From contig LBWX01000001.1 of the NCBI GenBank assembly GCA_000995065.1, forward strand, positions 31,563 to 95,562: 64,000 nt of DNA, read 5' to 3'. Numbering within the stretch: the stretch's first letter is position 1; each line of letters starts with the position of its first letter. Positions 59,800 through 64,000 of the stretch are shown here, piece after piece. Source of the stretch: a candidate division CPR2 bacterium GW2011_GWC2_39_35 (GTDB taxonomy: Bacteria > Patescibacteriota > CPR2). The notes under the pieces are model-generated. The model worked only from the letters and a program-made list of their open reading frames with translations. It searched no databases and was not told the DNA's origin. A program made the position numbers and the translations under genes.

Positions 59800-59874
59800 A
59801 AAAGTATTATAGTATAAAAAAGTATTGGAATACAATAAAAAATTTTCTATAATACTAGGGTTAAAGGTGAAGCT

Positions 59875-61242
59875 ATGATTAAAAAGGGAACAAGGGTGTC
59901 GCTGGAAAACAGCCGGCAAACAGGAAAATCCAGACTAGACAACTTAGAAAAAAAGAAAAAAAACTCTCGAAAGAAAAAGATCCTTATTGCAGTAATAATG
60001 ATTTTTTTAGTAGCCACCGGCTTTTTGGGATGGCGCGTTTGGGGGGCATTTAATAAAATATTTAGCGACGGAATGAATCCGCTTTCGATTTTGGCAAACT
60101 TAAAACCAACCTCTTTGGCGGGGGAGTCCGAAGGTAGAACCAATATTCTACTCCTCGGGACCGGAGACAAGGATTGGCCGGGAGGAGACTTAACGGACAC
60201 AATAATGGTTGCCAGCATAAATCCAAAAACAAGTGATGTGGCTTTAATTTCTATTCCGAGGGATTTCTATGTAAAGATAGAGGATCATGGTTGGGATAAA
60301 ATTAATTCGGCTTATGTTTACGGCGAGCAAAATCAGTATCAGGGTGGCGGAGCAGCCTTAACGTCGAAAACGGTTTCTGATGTATTGGATATCCCCATAC
60401 ACTATTACGCAAAAATTGACTTTACGGCTTTTAAAAAAGCAATCGACTCTGTTGGCGGAATTGACATCACCCCGTCAGAAAATCTCTACGATCCATATTA
60501 TCCAGGCGGCACAGTTTCTTTTAAGGGAGGCAGGAACTACCACATGAATGGAGAACTGGCTTTAAAATATGCAAGATCCAGACAAACAACTTCTGATTTT
60601 GATAGAGCAAGAAGACAGCAAGAGGTTTTGGTTGCCCTTAAAGAAAAATCAATGTCTCTAGGGACGCTATCTAACCCAAAGACAGTCTTAGAATTAATTG
60701 ATATTCTTGGTGATCATATTAGAACCAGTTTAAAGCCGAATGAAATGAAAAGGTTAGCGGATATCGTCAATAGTATCAACAAAGACAAGGTAATTAGCGC
60801 AGTGATTGATGGAGAGAAAACTAAACTAGCAACCACTGGCAACGTTAATGGTGCTTCTGTTGTTTTACCTGTACTTGGAAAAGGAAAATACGCCGATATC
60901 CAGGATTATGTCCAGAATATCTTTACTGCCGACAACAAAGTCGGCAGCCTTACAGACGAGAAAGCCAAAATAATGGTTCAAAATGGAGCTGGTATTCCGG
61001 GACTAGCAGCTACCGCTACTGAGAATCTGACCAAAAAAGAATATTTAATAGTCGGCACCGAAAATGCTGACAAATCAACTTACACAAAAACTAAAATTAT
61101 TGATTATGCCAACGGACAAAAAAAGTTGACAATCAAATCTCTCGAAGATTATTTTAGTATAACGAGTGTGAAACAAACTACATCCACTGCTAATTATGAT
61201 ATTTTGATTATTATTGGTCAGGACTATGAACCAGAAAATTAA
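59875..61242 (+). CDS. LytR-CpsA-Psr (LCP) family cell-envelope phosphotransferase
   Basis: N-terminal TM anchor, LCP core (RTNILLLGTGD...DTIMVASINP...ISIPRD). Confidence 0.8.
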   Translation: MIKKGTRVSLENSRQTGKSRLDNLEKKKKNSRKKKILIAVIMIFLVATGFLGWRVWGAFNKIFSDGMNPLSILANLKPTSLAGESEGRTNILLLGTGDKDWPGGDLTDTIMVASINPKTSDVALISIPRDFYVKIEDHGWDKINSAYVYGEQNQYQGGGAALTSKTVSDVLDIPIHYYAKIDFTAFKKAIDSVGGIDITPSENLYDPYYPGGTVSFKGGRNYHMNGELALKYARSRQTTSDFDRARRQQEVLVALKEKSMSLGTLSNPKTVLELIDILGDHIRTSLKPNEMKRLADIVNSINKDKVISAVIDGEKTKLATTGNVNGASVVLPVLGKGKYADIQDYVQNIFTADNKVGSLTDEKAKIMVQNGAGIPGLAATATENLTKKEYLIVGTENADKSTYTKTKIIDYANGQKKLTIKSLEDYFSITSVKQTTSTANYDILIIIGQDYEPEN

Positions 61243-62050
61243 GCTTTTTACATCATTTGCGTCAAGCGTGCTTCTTTTGTTAGCAAGCTTCTATCCTTCA
61301 TCTAGCAGCACAAGACTGTTTTGGTATTATCTTCTAGTCGCCTTACTAGTTAATGTTGTGGCCGTGCTATTTATAGCGGGTCCTAAACTTCAAGATCTAA
61401 AACAAAAATGGGATTTTTTTATTTTACCAATTCTTCTGAGTATAGGGATATTTTTTTTTGTGACATACTATCCGAGTAAGATATTACAAATTTTAATTTC
61501 TTTATTTTTCGGAAGCGCGCTGTTCTTTGTGTATAATTCTCTCTCTGCTTGCCGCGATAAAAAGCTAGCGCTTCCGATATTCTATCGAAATTTGCTTACA
61601 ATTTTGTCGCTTGGAACGATCTTTCTAATGTCGGGTATCATATACAATTTTTATTTATATTGGGAACTTCCGGTGTATTATTTGATATTGCCGCATTTTA
61701 TAGTAGTTTTTGGGATCAACCACTTTCTTACAAAACATATGTTAGTGGCCCCAAGTGTTTATTCTCATCTTTATAATCTCATTATGAGCTTAATCATTTT
61801 AGAGGTGTCCTGGGTGCTTAGTTTTTGGTCAGTAAATTATCCTGCACCGCCGGAAAAAATATCATTTTCGTATCTTGGTATTCCAGTTGCATCCATTATA
61901 ATTCTTATAGTTTATTACTGCATATGGGGTATGGTGTATTATTTGATCGAGGGTAGGCTTACAAAAAAAGTTATATATGAATATCTGTCCGTAGGAGCAA
62001 TAACCTTAATTCTTATATTGCTAACCACGAAATGGTTACCGATCGTTTAA
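61214..62050 (+). CDS. hypothetical polytopic membrane protein (~8 TM)
   Basis: continuous hydrophobic helices, no recognisable motif; overlaps LCP gene end. Confidence 0.5.
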   Translation: MVRTMNQKIKLFTSFASSVLLLLASFYPSSSSTRLFWYYLLVALLVNVVAVLFIAGPKLQDLKQKWDFFILPILLSIGIFFFVTYYPSKILQILISLFFGSALFFVYNSLSACRDKKLALPIFYRNLLTILSLGTIFLMSGIIYNFYLYWELPVYYLILPHFIVVFGINHFLTKHMLVAPSVYSHLYNLIMSLIILEVSWVLSFWSVNYPAPPEKISFSYLGIPVASIIILIVYYCIWGMVYYLIEGRLTKKVIYEYLSVGAITLILILLTTKWLPIV

Positions 62051-62062
62051 AAGGAGGGATAA

Positions 62063-63187
62063 ATGAAAGCGGATAATCAGGATGTCAAATTTATTGTTGC
62101 ATTATGTATCGTTATAAGCCTTGTCGGGGGAATACTTGGCGGTATAGTTTTTTCTAGCTCTAATAATACTGGAAATAATTTCTTTAATGCGGGGACATCG
62201 AAAACTGAAAATGTTCAGGTCAGCGTGACTTCGGGTATAACGGAAGTGGTAAATAAAGTCTCTCCCGCTGTAGTCAGTATTACAAGCGAACACCTGACAA
62301 GAGGTTTTTGGGGACCTTACACCTCTAAAAGTTCCGGAACCGGATTTGTAGTTACTGCTGAAGGGCTTGTTATCACCAATAAGCATGTAGTTGAAGATGC
62401 AAATGCTTCGTACAGCGTGTTTACAAATGACGGAACCGAATATCCGGCCAAAGTTAAGGCTCAAGATCCCTTAAGTGATATTGCTTTTCTTCAAATGGAA
62501 AAAGCCAATGATTTAAAAACAATTGACCTAGGAGACTCTGATGAACTGCAAGTTGGCGAGCCCGTAATCGCCATTGGAAATGCTCTTGGGCAATATCAGA
62601 ATTCTGTTACTACAGGAATTGTTTCTGGAGTGGGGCGCGCTCTTCCGGTCGGGGACAGCGAAAGCGGCCAAGTAAACTCTTTAGACAATGTTATTCAAAC
62701 TGATGCTGCAATTAATCCGGGTAATTCCGGCGGCCCTTTGGTAAACATTCGAGGCCAAGTAATCGGTATTAACACAGCTATTGATCAGAGCGGTCAAAAT
62801 ATTGGCTTTGCGATTCCCATAAATTCGGTAAAAACAGCTTTAAAAAGCGTCCAATCCACCGGGAAGGTAATAAGACCTATCATTGGTATAAGCTATATTT
62901 CAATCACCAAGGATCTAGCTAAAAAAAATAACTTAAGCGTTAATGAGGGCGCCTTGGTTTACGTAAGCGGTAACTCTCCCGCGCTAAAGCCCGGTTCTCC
63001 TGCCGAGAAGGCCGGCATTAAAGAAAATGATATCATTACCAAAATCAACGATACTAAAATCGACGCAAAACATAGCTTAAGCTCTACTGTTAGAGAACAC
63101 TCGGTAGGCGAGACGATAAAGATTACCTTAATTAGAGATAGCAAAGAGATGAAGGTTGATGTCAAGCTCGAGGAACTCAAGCAGTAG
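62063..63187 (+). CDS. htrA: HtrA/DegP-family serine protease with C-terminal PDZ domain
   Basis: N-terminal TM, trypsin-like catalytic triad region (TNKHVV...D...GNSGGPL), PDZ domain. Confidence 0.85.
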   Translation: MKADNQDVKFIVALCIVISLVGGILGGIVFSSSNNTGNNFFNAGTSKTENVQVSVTSGITEVVNKVSPAVVSITSEHLTRGFWGPYTSKSSGTGFVVTAEGLVITNKHVVEDANASYSVFTNDGTEYPAKVKAQDPLSDIAFLQMEKANDLKTIDLGDSDELQVGEPVIAIGNALGQYQNSVTTGIVSGVGRALPVGDSESGQVNSLDNVIQTDAAINPGNSGGPLVNIRGQVIGINTAIDQSGQNIGFAIPINSVKTALKSVQSTGKVIRPIIGISYISITKDLAKKNNLSVNEGALVYVSGNSPALKPGSPAEKAGIKENDIITKINDTKIDAKHSLSSTVREHSVGETIKITLIRDSKEMKVDVKLEELKQ

Positions 63188-63322
63188 ATTGAAGAAGCTC
63201 GAATAAAGAATTTGGAATTAAGTATTAAGAATAGATTCCCATAGGACTAAAAACATATACCTTTAAGACTTTGTTCGTTTATCGTTTATCCTCTATCCCT
63301 TATACCTTATTCTTAATTCCGT

Positions 63323-64000
63323 TTACTTAAGATCATTCATGGCTGCTTCTTGGTCTGCTTCGATAAGCTTTTCGGTAAGATTAAAGATATTGCCGTCCAA
63401 GACATCGCTCATATTGTGTACGGAGAAATTAATACGATGATCCGTTATTCGATCTTGAGGATAGTTATAAGTTCTTATCTTCTCGGATCTGTCGCCACTG
63501 CCGATTTGACCCTTCCTGGCATCACCTCTTTTTTGTCTTTCTTCTTCTTCTCTTTTAGCAAGTAGCCTGGACCTTAAAACAGACATAGCCTTATCCCGAT
63601 TTTTTATCTGAGATCTCTCGTCTTGACATGTAACTACTATTCCCGTTGGCAAATGCGTAATTCTTACAGCTGAGTCGGTAGTATTAACACTCTGGCCTCC
63701 ACATCCGCCAGATCTGAAAACATCAACCCTTAAGTCGTTAGGGCTAATTCCGATATCTACTTCGCTTGCTTCAGCAAGAACTGCTACCGTTACCGTAGAC
63801 GTGTGAATTCGTCCGCCGCTCTCAGTCTTAGGTACCCTTTGAACGCGATGAACACCGCTTTCGTATTTTAAGTATTTGAATACATCTAGGCCTTCTATCT
63901 TGAATATAATTTCCTTAATACCGCCAATATCTGTCTCGTTTAGAGAAAGCACTTCCACCTTCCAGTTTTTCCGCTCCGCATATCTTGAATACATTCTGAA
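63323..64000 (-). CDS. prfA: peptide chain release factor 1, C-terminal ~225 aa (gene continues rightward beyond window end)
   Basis: GGQ motif ([24 protein letters not shown]), tripeptide anticodon PKT (PxT = RF1 type) in [17 protein letters not shown]. Confidence 0.85.
   Translation of the reverse strand, partial: FRMYSRYAERKNWKVEVLSLNETDIGGIKEIIFKIEGLDVFKYLKYESGVHRVQRVPKTESGGRIHTSTVTVAVLAEASEVDIGISPNDLRVDVFRSGGCGGQSVNTTDSAVRITHLPTGIVVTCQDERSQIKNRDKAMSVLRSRLLAKREEEERQKRGDARKGQIGSGDRSEKIRTYNYPQDRITDHRINFSVHNMSDVLDGNIFNLTEKLIEADQEAAMNDLK

Overview
This 64 kb window is low-GC, gene-dense and mostly + strand, from a small-genome bacterium. Its small protein sizes, type-2 IleRS and lean housekeeping set fit a CPR/Patescibacteria-like lineage, but that is inference. 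The code is standard: TAA, TAG and TGA all end recognisable genes.

Reading left to right, the window contains:
- a tyrosine recombinase beside a cluster of unknown or repair-like genes (DUF72, metallophosphoesterase, nucleotidyltransferase, stand-alone LigD 3'-phosphoesterase), closed by a 28-bp perfect hairpin terminator;
- rpsA-infB-rbfA-nrnA, then an orphan receiver domain and a HAD-like gene;
- fmt-def-priA on the minus strand;
- secDF, a Crp/Fnr regulator, recJ, rel, hisS and a MiaB/MtaB-like gene;
- an SLT transglycosylase, HIT, rpsU-yqeY-ybeY-adk-map, and ftsA-ftsZ;
- an NrdR-box-controlled nrd operon;
- yggT/DUF167, a CDF transporter, and a complete atpZBEFHAGDC operon;
- a T-box leader in front of ileS, then ftsW/rodA and rplU (L21 without L27);
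- a thermonuclease followed by an accessory-looking islet (small unknown proteins, a promoter/terminator-bracketed sRNA candidate, a tRNA-like gene with an aberrant anticodon loop, a Cys-rich microprotein);
- copA on the minus strand, an unknown gene pair, a NUDIX gene, parAB, lepB, an LCP gene, htrA and the 3' part of prfA.

The most unusual locus is nrdR -> RNR-like pseudoenzyme -> nrdD split at an in-frame TAA -> separately translated 56-aa glycyl-radical peptide -> nrdG -> Cys-less thioredoxin-fold protein, preceded by two NrdR boxes 32 bp apart. The class I/II RNR-alpha homolog keeps the motif order (FLPSSRILKNIG, NLGLGVTGFADLL, IQAAFQKYVD, MAYRMGLK) but has Asp/Ser/Ser-Gly where the three catalytic cysteines should be.

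Other structured non-coding features are an (AGGAATA)5 tandem array abutting a start codon, a dispersed palindromic repeat family (4.7 kb and 45.1 kb), and a 185-bp nested inverted-repeat element upstream of the atp promoter. No CRISPR array and no rRNA were seen.
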